Source: Escherichia phage P88. Taken from it: DNA of 35,814 bases. The notes beneath the pieces are model-generated. The model saw nothing but the letters and a program-made list of their open reading frames with translations. It did no database searches and was not told the DNA's origin. Location: sequence record NC_026014.1. One strand, given 5' to 3'. The translations under genes and the position numbers were made by a program. Of this stretch, positions 1 to 8,855 are shown one piece after another. Positions within the stretch are counted from its first letter, which is position 1. Each line of letters begins with the position of its first letter.

Positions 1-107
1 GCCACCCGAAGGTGACATGAAGGAGGCCGAGCACACTGGCCTCCCTTTGATATATCAAATAGTTACATTAATACACATAGTCTTAAGTGGGCTTATTTAG
101 TCCTATT

Positions 108-1139
108 TTATGGGCAATATCTGGACAACTCAGCCACAGGATTAAAGCGCACAGCATCCTGTAGATAATCCGGTGCAAAATGGGCATAAGTCATCGTCTG
201 CTGAATAGTGCTATGTCCAAGTATTCTCTGCAAAGTGATGATATTCCCACCATTAATCATGAAGTGAGTGGCAAAGGTATGCCGTAAAACATGTATCGAC
301 TGCCCTTCAGGAAGATCAGGCCTCACCTTTCTGATAGCAGCTCTGACAGCTGCATAACTTGGATAAATTAAACGACCAGTGGCCTTTGTTTTAATCATGC
401 ACTCCAGTTCTGACGATATAGGTATAACGCGACGCTTCCCATTTTTGGTTTCCATAAAAATGACTTTGCCGCTAATAACATGCTCCCCCTTGATATTTGC
501 AACCTCACTCCATCTTCCACCTGTTGCCAGACACAACAAGACGGCTTTTAATTCATCACCAGATAACAACTCCAGTAATCGTGGAATATCTTCATGATAC
601 AAATAAGCCATTTCAGGCTGTTTGATATTAAGTTTTTTCACATCATGAAACGGATTAGCCCCAGAATATTCCTCTGCGTCAATTAGTTTTGTGAAGAAAC
701 CACTCATCATTGCGCAATAACGATTAACCGTGGATTGTTTTATTCCGCGATTAAGCAACAATAACCGATAATTAATTATGTTCTTACGAGTAAGTTGGTC
801 ACTGCGTGTAACATTAATACTTTCAAGATCACTAATGACCGCAGAAATACGCACTCGCTCCATCGCACCGTAAGGATGATTTTTCCCGTGGTATAGCCAC
901 CAACAATCCAGCAACTCCCTCAGCGAGCGCCGTTCTGTTGGCTTATCAACCCAATCTTTGTCGTGGTAATGCTGCAATACATGACGCTCATACAAAACAG
1001 CCTCACCACGAGTATCAAATCGCCGCCTGAATCTCTTTCCTTCTGATCCAGCTGGCCGCACGTCCACACAAAATTTGCCATTAGCGAGCTTCTTAATCGA
1101 CATAAGGAAGCCCTCCAATGAAAACATCATCTTGATCAC
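108..1139 (-). CDS. int: Tyrosine site-specific integrase (P2 Int-like)
   Basis: 343 aa; C-terminal catalytic region HVLRHTFATHFMINGGNIITLQRILGHSTIQQTMTYAHF with the R..HxxR..Y tyrosine recombinase signature; sits next to the repressor as in P2. Confidence 0.95.
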   Translation of the reverse strand: MIKMMFSLEGFLMSIKKLANGKFCVDVRPAGSEGKRFRRRFDTRGEAVLYERHVLQHYHDKDWVDKPTERRSLRELLDCWWLYHGKNHPYGAMERVRISAVISDLESINVTRSDQLTRKNIINYRLLLLNRGIKQSTVNRYCAMMSGFFTKLIDAEEYSGANPFHDVKKLNIKQPEMAYLYHEDIPRLLELLSGDELKAVLLCLATGGRWSEVANIKGEHVISGKVIFMETKNGKRRVIPISSELECMIKTKATGRLIYPSYAAVRAAIRKVRPDLPEGQSIHVLRHTFATHFMINGGNIITLQRILGHSTIQQTMTYAHFAPDYLQDAVRFNPVAELSRYCP

Positions 1140-1169
1140 AGCTCTGGGAAATAAATGCCTGGTGAACCG

Positions 1170-1469
1170 TTAACCAGTTTTCTTGCCGGAGCGGGATGAT
1201 TCCGCTTCGCCTTGCCCAATGTGTGCGAGAGCCGGTACAACCTGCCCGGCCTTGGGTTCAACTTCATCAAACAAAAACCAGTCGCGGTACTTACGGAACA
1301 TGGGGGCTTTCAGAAGCTTTTTTGTTGACTCAAGGTTGGGTTCATTTCGTCCTTGCTCATATTGCCTTAATGCAGCAAGAGTAAGCCCAGTAATCTCTGC
1401 CATTTTTTCTTGTGTAAGCATTTCTGACTTCCGCATGATGCGAATTTTCATAGCTACGGTAGTTGACAT
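1170..1469 (-). CDS. C: Immunity repressor, P2 C-like (HTH)
   Basis: 99 aa, same length as P2 C; HTH segment EKMAEITGLTLAALRQYEQGRNEP and C-terminal PALAHIGQ...SGKKTG recall P2 C; divergent from cox. Confidence 0.85.
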   Translation of the reverse strand: MSTTVAMKIRIMRKSEMLTQEKMAEITGLTLAALRQYEQGRNEPNLESTKKLLKAPMFRKYRDWFLFDEVEPKAGQVVPALAHIGQGEAESSRSGKKTG

Positions 1470-1577
1470 AGTAAGTTAACTCACTTAGTTTATACATCAA
1501 TTAACACACAACGAATTGCGCTAACTAGTTCTAAATGGTGCTAGTTAGAAGAAAGCACCAATAGCGGAGGATATCAG
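1470..1577. promoter_or_regulatory. Lysis-lysogeny switch region (putative Pe/Pc promoters and operator)
   Basis: 108-bp gap between divergent C and cox; TTGACA hexamer near 1462; inverted repeat CTAACTAG (1521..1528) / CTAGTTAG (1541..1548) as a candidate operator. Confidence 0.4.
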
Positions 1578-2003
1578 ATGCAAGAAAGCACTCAAAACGC
1601 GCCTGAGTCACTTTGCGGAACACGATGCGATCACCTGTCAGAAATGCCAGAAGGTGAGCATCAAAAAACAGGACGCAAAGCACGTGAACGTGAAGAAATT
1701 CGACTTTCAGAAAATCCCTCGCATCTCCTGTCAAAAGAAGGATTTGCGATGTATATCGGAAAGACCGTTGATGCCATCGTAAGCATGGCAAAAGCAGGAA
1801 AGCTACCTGCGGTGTATATGGCGGACCCTCTCAAGCCAGGCGGAAACGCTGAACTCTACATCAACAGAAAAGCGTGGGATGAAGCATGCGATCGCCTCAT
1901 CGAAAACGCACCTCAGGAATGGCACGACTGGGAAAACCGTCTGTTTTTGTTTAAGCCAACAAGTGGCAGACGAAACAGAAATATCAGCGGTAAAGCAGCA
2001 TAA
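1578..2003 (+). CDS. cox: Cox/Apl-like excisionase-regulator; N-terminal extent uncertain
   Basis: Conserved part (MYIGKTVDAIVSMAKAGKLPAVYMADP) starts at the internal ATG near 1749 (85 aa, AAGGA SD); the 1578 ATG has a GGAGGA SD but adds 57 non-conserved residues. Confidence 0.6.
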   Translation: MQESTQNAPESLCGTRCDHLSEMPEGEHQKTGRKAREREEIRLSENPSHLLSKEGFAMYIGKTVDAIVSMAKAGKLPAVYMADPLKPGGNAELYINRKAWDEACDRLIENAPQEWHDWENRLFLFKPTSGRRNRNISGKAA

Positions 2004-2040
2004 CTCAAACCATTATTCATTTTAGGCGGAGTATTTTGAT

Positions 2041-2391
2041 ATGAAGGAACGTCGCAATTCTTCACAGCAGCGCTTCCGCAACGGGGCGGAACGCCATGCT
2101 AACCGTTTCGCTACCAGTGCATCACGTAGCAACTCTCGCTACAGCCTGAGCGAAACACACGCAACGCCGGATGGCTACCCAGTAAAACAAATCGGCGAGC
2201 ACGCCTGGTTGATTGAGAAAGCTGGAATCGTGGTCCACAAATGCCCACGCAATCCGTTTACCGGAAACCGCATTTTTGCACTGAGCAGCGGCGACAATCA
2301 GTTCGGGCAGGATTTCACATTATACGAAGCACTTCGCACGGTTGATCGTCTGCTTCGCGGACAAAGTTTTATTAAACAGGTTGATTTATAA
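2041..2391 (+). CDS. Hypothetical early protein
   Basis: 116-aa ORF, first gene after cox in the early operon; no family recognised by eye. Confidence 0.55.
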   Translation: MKERRNSSQQRFRNGAERHANRFATSASRSNSRYSLSETHATPDGYPVKQIGEHAWLIEKAGIVVHKCPRNPFTGNRIFALSSGDNQFGQDFTLYEALRTVDRLLRGQSFIKQVDL

Positions 2392-2401
2392 CAGGTGATT
2401 T

Positions 2402-2680
2402 ATGACCAAAGAGTATGCACAAGGTGTATTTATCCGTTTTATTGATTTTCGCGGTGAACTGTTATTACGTGCATCAGCTATTGATGCTGTAGCCCAGGCA
2501 GAAAAAAAAGCAGTTACTCACGTTTATGCGAACAACGCACAACTGATCGTGGAGCTTCCGTACCAGACCGTTCGCGAAGCCATTAACGAAGCTGAAAAAG
2601 CGCGCCAAGCTAATGGCGATGAACCCTATATCGAAATTATTTGTATGGATTCAGAAGCTGAAATTAAGAAAGCAGATTAA
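2402..2680 (+). CDS. Hypothetical early protein
   Basis: 92-aa ORF, tightly spaced in the same operon; acidic C-terminus. Confidence 0.55.
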   Translation: MTKEYAQGVFIRFIDFRGELLLRASAIDAVAQAEKKAVTHVYANNAQLIVELPYQTVREAINEAEKARQANGDEPYIEIICMDSEAEIKKAD

Positions 2681-2688
2681 AGGGCGTT

Positions 2689-2934
2689 GTGATGGGCAAA
2701 GAATATAAAACTCTCATTAACAAAGCACTTGAGCGTTTTTATTTTCGCTTAAGCGCATCAGGCGCTCATGCTGAACGTGCAGCCCGTGACTCATTGACCA
2801 GGGCAATCCGGAGTCTGTATGACGTGGCTTTTTACGCTGATGATCTGGATGCACTTAACGAACTTTCCGAGCTGATCTGTGCCGCAGAATGCGGGGAACA
2901 TATTGAACCGTATAAGCTGGGGAATATTGCATGA
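2689..2934 (+). CDS. Hypothetical early protein
   Basis: 81-aa ORF; its stop overlaps the next ATG (ATGA). Confidence 0.55.
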   Translation: MMGKEYKTLINKALERFYFRLSASGAHAERAARDSLTRAIRSLYDVAFYADDLDALNELSELICAAECGEHIEPYKLGNIA

Positions 2935-3044
2935 GTATATTTATCTCATGGCTTGTTCTGATTATTTCGGTGGCCTGCGCCATTGGGATTATGCGAATTA
3001 TTCATTCAGTAAAAAAGATTGAACGCTTTTTCACTGGCGAATAA
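2931..3044 (+). CDS. Putative small hydrophobic membrane peptide (37 aa)
   Basis: ATG overlaps the upstream stop; translation MSIFISWLVLIISVACAIGIMRIIHSVKKIERFFTGE is one predicted TM helix; below the ORF-track size cutoff. Confidence 0.3.
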   Translation: MSIFISWLVLIISVACAIGIMRIIHSVKKIERFFTGE

Positions 3045-3130
3045 CAGAGCAAATAAAACCACAGGTTAAATAAGAAAATGTAAAAACAATCCGCATTCGC
3101 GGAGGTATTCGCACACGCCAAGGAGGCGCA

Positions 3131-3334
3131 ATGGCAATTAAGCGATTTACCGTCGTTCGTTTCACTTCCAGAGGACGTGAATACGAAGTTGACGAACGGC
3201 TGATTAAAACGCTCGACCGTCACCGTTCGCAACCTGACGCGCATCACATTTATCTCACTGACGACACTTACTTCTGCGCCACCAACGTGGTGCAGGTGAA
3301 TCTTATCAGACAGGTACAGGAGTCACGCAGATGA
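3131..3334 (+). CDS. Hypothetical early protein
   Basis: 67-aa basic ORF with GGAGG SD; stop overlaps the next start. Confidence 0.5.
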   Translation: MAIKRFTVVRFTSRGREYEVDERLIKTLDRHRSQPDAHHIYLTDDTYFCATNVVQVNLIRQVQESRR

Positions 3335-3576
3335 CCATTCTGGACTACATCGCCGCCAATCCGGGTTGTAGCGGTGGAGAAATCGCCGCAGCACTGAATA
3401 CCCCAACCACAGCCATTAATGCGGAGTTACGCCGACTCTGGCGCAGCGGTTCAGTCATAAGAAAAGAGCGCAAAACAGGCGGTCGCTTTTCTTACCAGAT
3501 AAACCCGATGCCGTTCGGGTGCGGCAATCCACTTACCAACACGTTTAACCAGCTACTGAAGGAAGCCAGAGCATGA
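3331..3576 (+). CDS. Small winged-helix-like DNA-binding protein (putative)
   Basis: 81 aa; LDYIAANPGCSGGEIAAALNTPTTAINAELRRLWRSGSVIRKER has the helix-turn-wing pattern of MarR/LexA-N type domains; translationally coupled. Confidence 0.55.
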   Translation: MTILDYIAANPGCSGGEIAAALNTPTTAINAELRRLWRSGSVIRKERKTGGRFSYQINPMPFGCGNPLTNTFNQLLKEARA

Positions 3577-3887
3577 GCGCCATCAACCACCAGGAATTAC
3601 GCGAACTGGCGACTGACCTGCAACGAATGGCAACGCCTCAAAAATTACTGGCGTTTCGCGCAATGCTCTCGCCGTCTGCTGTGCTGGCGCTGCTGGATGA
3701 GCTGGAGCACGCCAGAACCATGGCTCCAGCCATTCGCCTGACGCTCCATCATGAAATCAAGGATTTCTGCGCGACGCTGGAGTCACCAGGCGAACCAGAA
3801 ACGCCGGAAGCAATGCAACAAGTGCTGCTGCAACGCATCGACAACGTTTTCGATTTTTTCCTTAACCAGCAAGGGACCACAGCATGA
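3573..3887 (+). CDS. Ead/Ea22-like family protein (putative)
   Basis: 104 aa; LRELA...PSAVLALLDELEHAR resembles the motif I recall from enterobacterial prophage Ead/Ea22-like proteins. Confidence 0.5.
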   Translation: MSAINHQELRELATDLQRMATPQKLLAFRAMLSPSAVLALLDELEHARTMAPAIRLTLHHEIKDFCATLESPGEPETPEAMQQVLLQRIDNVFDFFLNQQGTTA

Positions 3888-4087
3888 ACAAAAAGACCTG
3901 GTTTCGCGCATACATGTGGGCGCTGGTATGCGTCATCGTCTCTCTCATTCTGTATGCAGGACTACTCCCCCGAATGATTTCATCAGACAGCTCCTTCCTG
4001 GTATTGCTGGGCATTTTCATTGCCATGCTGTACCCGGCAGGCGTTGTTCGCCTTTTCAGTAAGTACATCAAGGAAATCAAACAATGA
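3884..4087 (+). CDS. Small two-TM membrane protein, likely partner of the downstream SPFH protein
   Basis: 67 aa with two hydrophobic helices (WALVCVIVSLILYAGLL and FLVLLGIFIAMLYPAGVV); stop overlaps the SPFH gene start. Confidence 0.6.
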   Translation: MNKKTWFRAYMWALVCVIVSLILYAGLLPRMISSDSSFLVLLGIFIAMLYPAGVVRLFSKYIKEIKQ

Positions 4088-4914
4088 AGAAATTCAAACT
4101 CTTTCAGATTCTCCCGCTTTTTGCCGCCATCCTGCTGGTTGGCTGCGATCGCGTTGAGCCAGGTAATGTGGGCATCAAAGTCAACAAGCTGGGCGACGAC
4201 AAAGGCGTTGGCGAAGTGGTTGGCGTTGGCCGCTACTGGACTGGCTGGAATACAGAGGTTTACATCTTCCCGACCTTCAAACAAATGAAGACCTACGATG
4301 AGCCGTTCAGCTTCCAGATGAGTGACGGCACAACCATCGGCTATCACATCGGCGTGGCTTACAAGGTTGATCCATCCAAAGTTACCACAGTGTTTCAGAC
4401 CTACCGCAAAGGCGTGGATGACATTACCGACACTGACCTGCGCCAGAAGATCGCCGATGCACTCAACCGACTGGCCAGCAAAATGACCACCGATAAGTTT
4501 ATCGACGGTGGTAAGTCTGAACTGCTGGATTCAGCACTTAAAGATATTCAGGAAGAGATGACCCCCATCGGCATTCAGGTCATGAGCCTCTCTTATGTCG
4601 GTAAACCGGAATATCCGCCAACCGTTATCGACAGCATTAACGCCAAAGTCACGGCAAACCAGAAAACCCTGCAACGCGAACAGGAAGTCAAGCAACGCGA
4701 AGCTGAAGCCAACATGTTGCGCGCAGAAGCTGCCGGACAGGCTGATGCCATTCGCACAAAAGCCCAGGCTGAAGCTGACGCCATTCGTTTACGCGGTGAA
4801 GCTCTGCGCCAGAATCCCGGCGTTATGGAGCTGGAAGCAATCAACAAATGGAACGGCACGCTGCCGCAATACATGACCAGCAATACTGCTGTTCCGTTTG
4901 TTCCGGTGAAGTAA
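4084..4914 (+). CDS. SPFH/Band-7 (stomatin/prohibitin/HflC-like) lipoprotein
   Basis: 276 aa; lipoprotein signal with lipobox LLVGC; SPFH-like core; Ala/Glu-rich C-terminal coiled coil typical of Band-7 proteins. Confidence 0.85.
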   Translation: MKKFKLFQILPLFAAILLVGCDRVEPGNVGIKVNKLGDDKGVGEVVGVGRYWTGWNTEVYIFPTFKQMKTYDEPFSFQMSDGTTIGYHIGVAYKVDPSKVTTVFQTYRKGVDDITDTDLRQKIADALNRLASKMTTDKFIDGGKSELLDSALKDIQEEMTPIGIQVMSLSYVGKPEYPPTVIDSINAKVTANQKTLQREQEVKQREAEANMLRAEAAGQADAIRTKAQAEADAIRLRGEALRQNPGVMELEAINKWNGTLPQYMTSNTAVPFVPVK

Positions 4915-4920
4915 TTAAAC

Positions 4921-4963
4921 CCGGCCAGTGAAAACCGCTGGCCGGAGCAGTATCAGGATTTTT
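4921..4963 (+). terminator. Putative intrinsic terminator after the SPFH gene
   Basis: Stem CCGGCCAG / CTGGCCGG followed within about 13 nt by a T-run. Confidence 0.35.
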
Positions 4964-5060
4964 TAGTATGTCGTTCTCACAAAAAAACCGCTTGCCATGC
5001 CGCAATCAGTCAGGTTACATTTCCGCTGCACCTCATAAAACGGGTGCCGGGATTTCCACC

Positions 5061-5102
5061 CCGCTGACAACTACAGCGCACAACCGCGCCAGCGGTTTTT
5101 TT
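5061..5102 (+). terminator. Putative intrinsic terminator within a structured non-coding region
   Basis: CCGCTG ... GCGCCAGCGG hairpin followed by seven T. Confidence 0.4.
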
Positions 5103-5281
5103 GTGCGTACTGTATCGCCACGTCTTTTTCGCACACGAATTATGGTGGGGCGTACGGGGCCGACTTCGGTCGGGCCGGGTTCTGTAGTTGCCGGTTGTGG
5201 AAACCCTGTACGTCTCACCACCCCGAGTTTTCCACCTCTGGATGGTGAGTTTTCAAAACTTGCAACTACAGAGGCCACACC

Positions 5282-5512
5282 ATGGCAAACCGCAAACAGC
5301 ACCGCGCTATCGCGGAGCGTCGTCACATCCAGACTGAAATCAACCGCAGACTTTTCCGCGCATCACGCGTCGCGCAAATCATGCACATCAATATGCTGCA
5401 TGAGCGCAGCCACGCACTATCAAACATCTATTCCGCCGCTGTTTTCAGCTATCTGGCGGATGATCTGCACGAGCTTCAACAGCTCATCCAGCAGCAAAAC
5501 AAACTCCATTAA
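5282..5512 (+). CDS. Hypothetical protein (uncertain)
   Basis: 76-aa ORF with AGAGG SD; basic, helical; no family recognised. Confidence 0.35.
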   Translation: MANRKQHRAIAERRHIQTEINRRLFRASRVAQIMHINMLHERSHALSNIYSAAVFSYLADDLHELQQLIQQQNKLH

Positions 5513-5584
5513 TTCCTGTTCCGGGCCTTTCCTGCACCTTGCGGCGGGAGGCCTTCGCACATCTGTAACAAGAGGATTGCCGCA

Positions 5585-5950
5585 ATGATTCTCGCCAACG
5601 ACTTTCTTGAATACCTGCTCAACACAGAACGTGATCTTGCCGCTCGCGTGCGTGAACGTTATGACATGTACCTGAAATCCCTGCCTGTACCGCAGCTCGC
5701 TGACGGAAAGATTGTTATTGATGGTCGCTACATGATTGACAGCCACGAGGGAAATTACAGGCTTTACCGCATTGAAGGTGGCACCCCGTCCGTTATTGGC
5801 ATTTACCAGCGCCCATCCTCTTCAATCGTCGATGTGATTGCCGACAGCATCCGCATCGCACATCGCCATGCCGACACAGAAGACACCGTGCTGGAAATTC
5901 AGCGGCTGGCTACAGTCTGCCGCGACACCCTGAATGGCATGACGAAGTAA
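5585..5950 (+). CDS. Hypothetical protein upstream of replication gene A
   Basis: 121-aa ORF ending 7 nt before the A start; same position as P2 orf81-83-type small genes. Confidence 0.55.
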   Translation: MILANDFLEYLLNTERDLAARVRERYDMYLKSLPVPQLADGKIVIDGRYMIDSHEGNYRLYRIEGGTPSVIGIYQRPSSSIVDVIADSIRIAHRHADTEDTVLEIQRLATVCRDTLNGMTK

Positions 5951-5956
5951 ATCACT

Positions 5957-8779
5957 ATGACGGCAGAGTACATCAGGGACTGGCAACAACCGCGCCACGC
6001 AGTGGGGCGTGAAGGAACGGGGATCCCCGCTCCTGAATCCGCGCTTTCCTCCTGGCTGGATGCCTACCGGGCAGAGAACGAGCGCCGCCAGGAAATGGCT
6101 GATGCGGCGTTCTCCGCCACGCCGCTGGGCAACCTGATTAATAAAAGCCTGGACGCACAGGAAAAACAGGACAAAACCATCACACTGGCAGGAGACGCCA
6201 GAAAACAGGCACGCGGCGCGGTGGATGAAGCCATGGCCTCGCTGCGCCTGCTGCCGTCCTATCTGCGCGATCCGCTTATTCGCCACCTCTCCTTCCTTCG
6301 CAAAAAACAGGAAGCCGATCGCCGGAAAGGCAAAAAGAGCTGGCAGGCGGAACGCTATGCACGCGGAACCCTGCGCAAAATATTCGAACGTCTGGATCGC
6401 ACTGACGGACGCTGGCTGACACCGGGTTATCGCTCCCTTGCCGGACGCGAACGCCTGGACGATTTGCTTTACCTGCCGCAGCTCAACAAACACCAGATAC
6501 AGACGCTGGCCACCATGACGGCAGCGATGTTCAGCAGCACCTTCGAAAAACTCTGCGATGGCTTTGGCGCGACTGATGGCGAACTGACCATGGATGTAAC
6601 GCTGAAGGCGTATCAGATGCTGGCCCGCATGGCGTTACACCTGCACGCTATGCCTCCACATTATGACGCACTGACAACAGACAAAGACCGGAGGAACGAA
6701 CCGGACACAGAGCTGCTGCCGGGCGCAATCCTTCGCCTGACCTGTGCGGAATGGTGGAAACGCAAACTGTGGCTGTTACGTTGCGAGTGGCGGGAAGAAC
6801 AACTCCGCGCCGCCTGTCTGGTTTCCAGAAAAACATCACCCTATCTGAGCCAGGACGCGTTAAGCGAGTTTCGCGCACACCGCGAGAAAACACGCGATTT
6901 CCTGAAAAGTTTCATGCTGGAAAATGAAGACGGGTTCACGATTGATCTCGAGACGGTGTATTACGCGGGAGTAAGTAACCCGGTTCACCGTAAGGCAGAA
7001 ATGATGGCCACCATGAAGGGGCTGGAACTTCTGGCCGAAGCCCGTGGCGACAGAGCGGTGTTTCTGACTGTCACCTGCCCGTCAAAATACCACGCAACAA
7101 CGGAGAACGGTCATCCGAATCCCAAATGGAACGGGGCCACCATGCGCGACTCCAGCGATTACCTGGTTAACACGTTTTTTGCGACGGTCCGCAAAAAACT
7201 GAACCGCGACGGTCTTCGCTGGTATGGCATCCGCACGGTGGAGCCTCACCATGACGGCACTGTGCACTGGCATATGATGGTCTTTGCACATCCGGACGAG
7301 ATTGAAACCATCGTGTCCCACGTCTGCGATATTGCCATTCAGGAAGACCGCCACGAGCTGGGCGATGATATTACTCCGCGTTTTAAAGCGGAGTACGTCG
7401 ACGGCTCAAAAGGCACGCCAACCAGCTACATCGCCACCTACATCGGAAAGAACCTGGACAGCCGCGCCGTGGATGGCATCGACCCGAAAACGGGCAAGCC
7501 ACGCGTTGACCACGAAACCGGAAAATCAATGGCCGAGAGCGTGGAGCGCGCCATCGGCTGGGCGCGCCTTCACCGGGTCCGCCAGTTCCAGTTCTTTGGC
7601 ATCCCCTCCCGTCAGGTGTGGCGTGAACTGCGCCGCCTTGCCAGCCAGATGGCACGCAACCCGGAAGGCCCGCAACGGCTGAAGGATGACGCAATGGATG
7701 CAGTGCTCGCTGCCGCTGATGCCGGGTGTTTTGCCTCCTACATTGAAAAACAGGGCGGCGTACTTGTTCCACGCCAGGACTACCTGATTCGCACCGCCTA
7801 CGACCTCGCAGATGAGCTGAACGATTACGGCGAACAGAGCGTACAGATTTACGGGATCTGGTCACCACTCATCGGGGAGTCTTCCCGTGTGTGCACACAT
7901 CCGGATAACTGGAAGCTGGTAAGACGTAAACCGGAAGCGGAAGACAGCGCCCGCGAAAATGGTTTTGACCTTCAGGGCGGCCCTGCCGCCCCTTGGACTC
8001 GTGGCAATAACTGTCCCCGTGTACAGGAAACGGACAACAACGGGACAGAACAGCCGGAAGAACGGCCAGCACCGTGGCCGCAGCTCCCTGACGGCGTTGA
8101 AGTGAACGAATGGATGCGCTCACTGAAACGGCACGAACGCCGGGCGCTGATGCGTTCGCTTCGTGACAAACAGGCAAAAAACAGCAGTGATGAAATGCAG
8201 AGCTGGACACAGAGCCGCAAACAGCAGCGGCCTTTGCCTGATAACCACGAATTACTCGCTAAAGAATGGCGGGAGTCTGCTGAATCTCTCGGCCTGCATA
8301 TCGGTGAACAACAGATGCAGCACCTGTTACGGGGCGGCAGTCTGTACGTTGACGGCAGCATCATTGCACCGCAGGGATTTGAAATTGTACGCAAACCGGA
8401 TACCCGCCCGGACAGCCGAATCACGCAGCTCTGGCAGCGCCTGAGCCGTAATCATGGCGTAAGCAGCACGGAGATCCGCCATAACCCGGTCGCCAGCTAT
8501 CTGGCACAGCTGGGGGCATCAGACCCTGAAGCCGCCGCACGCCTGGCATCCACACTTCAGCAGGACCAGAACACCATGAAAACACCCGTTACCGTGCTTT
8601 CTGACATGCTGCGCGCCATCCGCGACGCAGAGCACGCACAGAGAATCAGTGAAACCACTGAACGCGCCAGCCGCAAAGCAGACCTGCTGCGGGGTGGCCT
8701 GACCAGTGGAAACAAAAAACAGACAGAAACGGGACTCACGAATCCCGCAAATGAGCAAAAAACGCGCAGCGATATATGA
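5957..8779 (+). CDS. A: Rolling-circle replication initiator endonuclease (P2 gpA-like)
   Basis: 940 aa; HUH-type motif DGTVHWHMMVFAH and twin-tyrosine motif TPTSYIATYIGKN; long low-complexity C-terminal extension versus P2 A (761 aa). Confidence 0.9.
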   Translation: MTAEYIRDWQQPRHAVGREGTGIPAPESALSSWLDAYRAENERRQEMADAAFSATPLGNLINKSLDAQEKQDKTITLAGDARKQARGAVDEAMASLRLLPSYLRDPLIRHLSFLRKKQEADRRKGKKSWQAERYARGTLRKIFERLDRTDGRWLTPGYRSLAGRERLDDLLYLPQLNKHQIQTLATMTAAMFSSTFEKLCDGFGATDGELTMDVTLKAYQMLARMALHLHAMPPHYDALTTDKDRRNEPDTELLPGAILRLTCAEWWKRKLWLLRCEWREEQLRAACLVSRKTSPYLSQDALSEFRAHREKTRDFLKSFMLENEDGFTIDLETVYYAGVSNPVHRKAEMMATMKGLELLAEARGDRAVFLTVTCPSKYHATTENGHPNPKWNGATMRDSSDYLVNTFFATVRKKLNRDGLRWYGIRTVEPHHDGTVHWHMMVFAHPDEIETIVSHVCDIAIQEDRHELGDDITPRFKAEYVDGSKGTPTSYIATYIGKNLDSRAVDGIDPKTGKPRVDHETGKSMAESVERAIGWARLHRVRQFQFFGIPSRQVWRELRRLASQMARNPEGPQRLKDDAMDAVLAAADAGCFASYIEKQGGVLVPRQDYLIRTAYDLADELNDYGEQSVQIYGIWSPLIGESSRVCTHPDNWKLVRRKPEAEDSARENGFDLQGGPAAPWTRGNNCPRVQETDNNGTEQPEERPAPWPQLPDGVEVNEWMRSLKRHERRALMRSLRDKQAKNSSDEMQSWTQSRKQQRPLPDNHELLAKEWRESAESLGLHIGEQQMQHLLRGGSLYVDGSIIAPQGFEIVRKPDTRPDSRITQLWQRLSRNHGVSSTEIRHNPVASYLAQLGASDPEAAARLASTLQQDQNTMKTPVTVLSDMLRAIRDAEHAQRISETTERASRKADLLRGGLTSGNKKQTETGLTNPANEQKTRSDI

Positions 8780-8824
8780 AGCGCGCACAAAACAGGCAAA
8801 AACGGGATTTCAGAATCCCGTAAA
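8727..8824. promoter_or_regulatory. Two related palindromic sites upstream of parM (candidate parC-like centromere/operator)
   Basis: AAACGGGACTCACGAATCCCGCAAA and AAACGGGATTTCAGAATCCCGTAAA, each with CGGGA(T)/(A)TCCCG arms, about 70 bp apart, overlapping the 3' end of A. Confidence 0.3.
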
Positions 8825-8855
8825 CGATTAATTAATCAACATAAGGAAAAGCGAC

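Noticed and set aside
1-107. tRNA or small-RNA 3' end as integration target at the left flank
   Set aside because: No cloverleaf-compatible sequence or CCA-proximal T-arm motif; only weak resemblance to the P2 att core (AATAAGCCC-like), so no RNA gene is called.
1183-1479. 98-aa and 62-aa plus-strand ORFs overlapping the C repressor
   Set aside because: Antisense to the well-supported P2 C-like repressor gene.
4968-5588. 206-aa ORF on the plus strand between the SPFH gene and A
   Set aside because: Ser/Thr/Pro-rich low-complexity translation that overlaps strong RNA-like hairpins and terminators; more likely non-coding structured DNA or RNA.
7383-8424. Several 110-160-aa ORFs antisense to or out of frame within gene A
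   Set aside because: Arg/Cys/Ser-rich translations typical of out-of-frame reading of GC-rich coding DNA.
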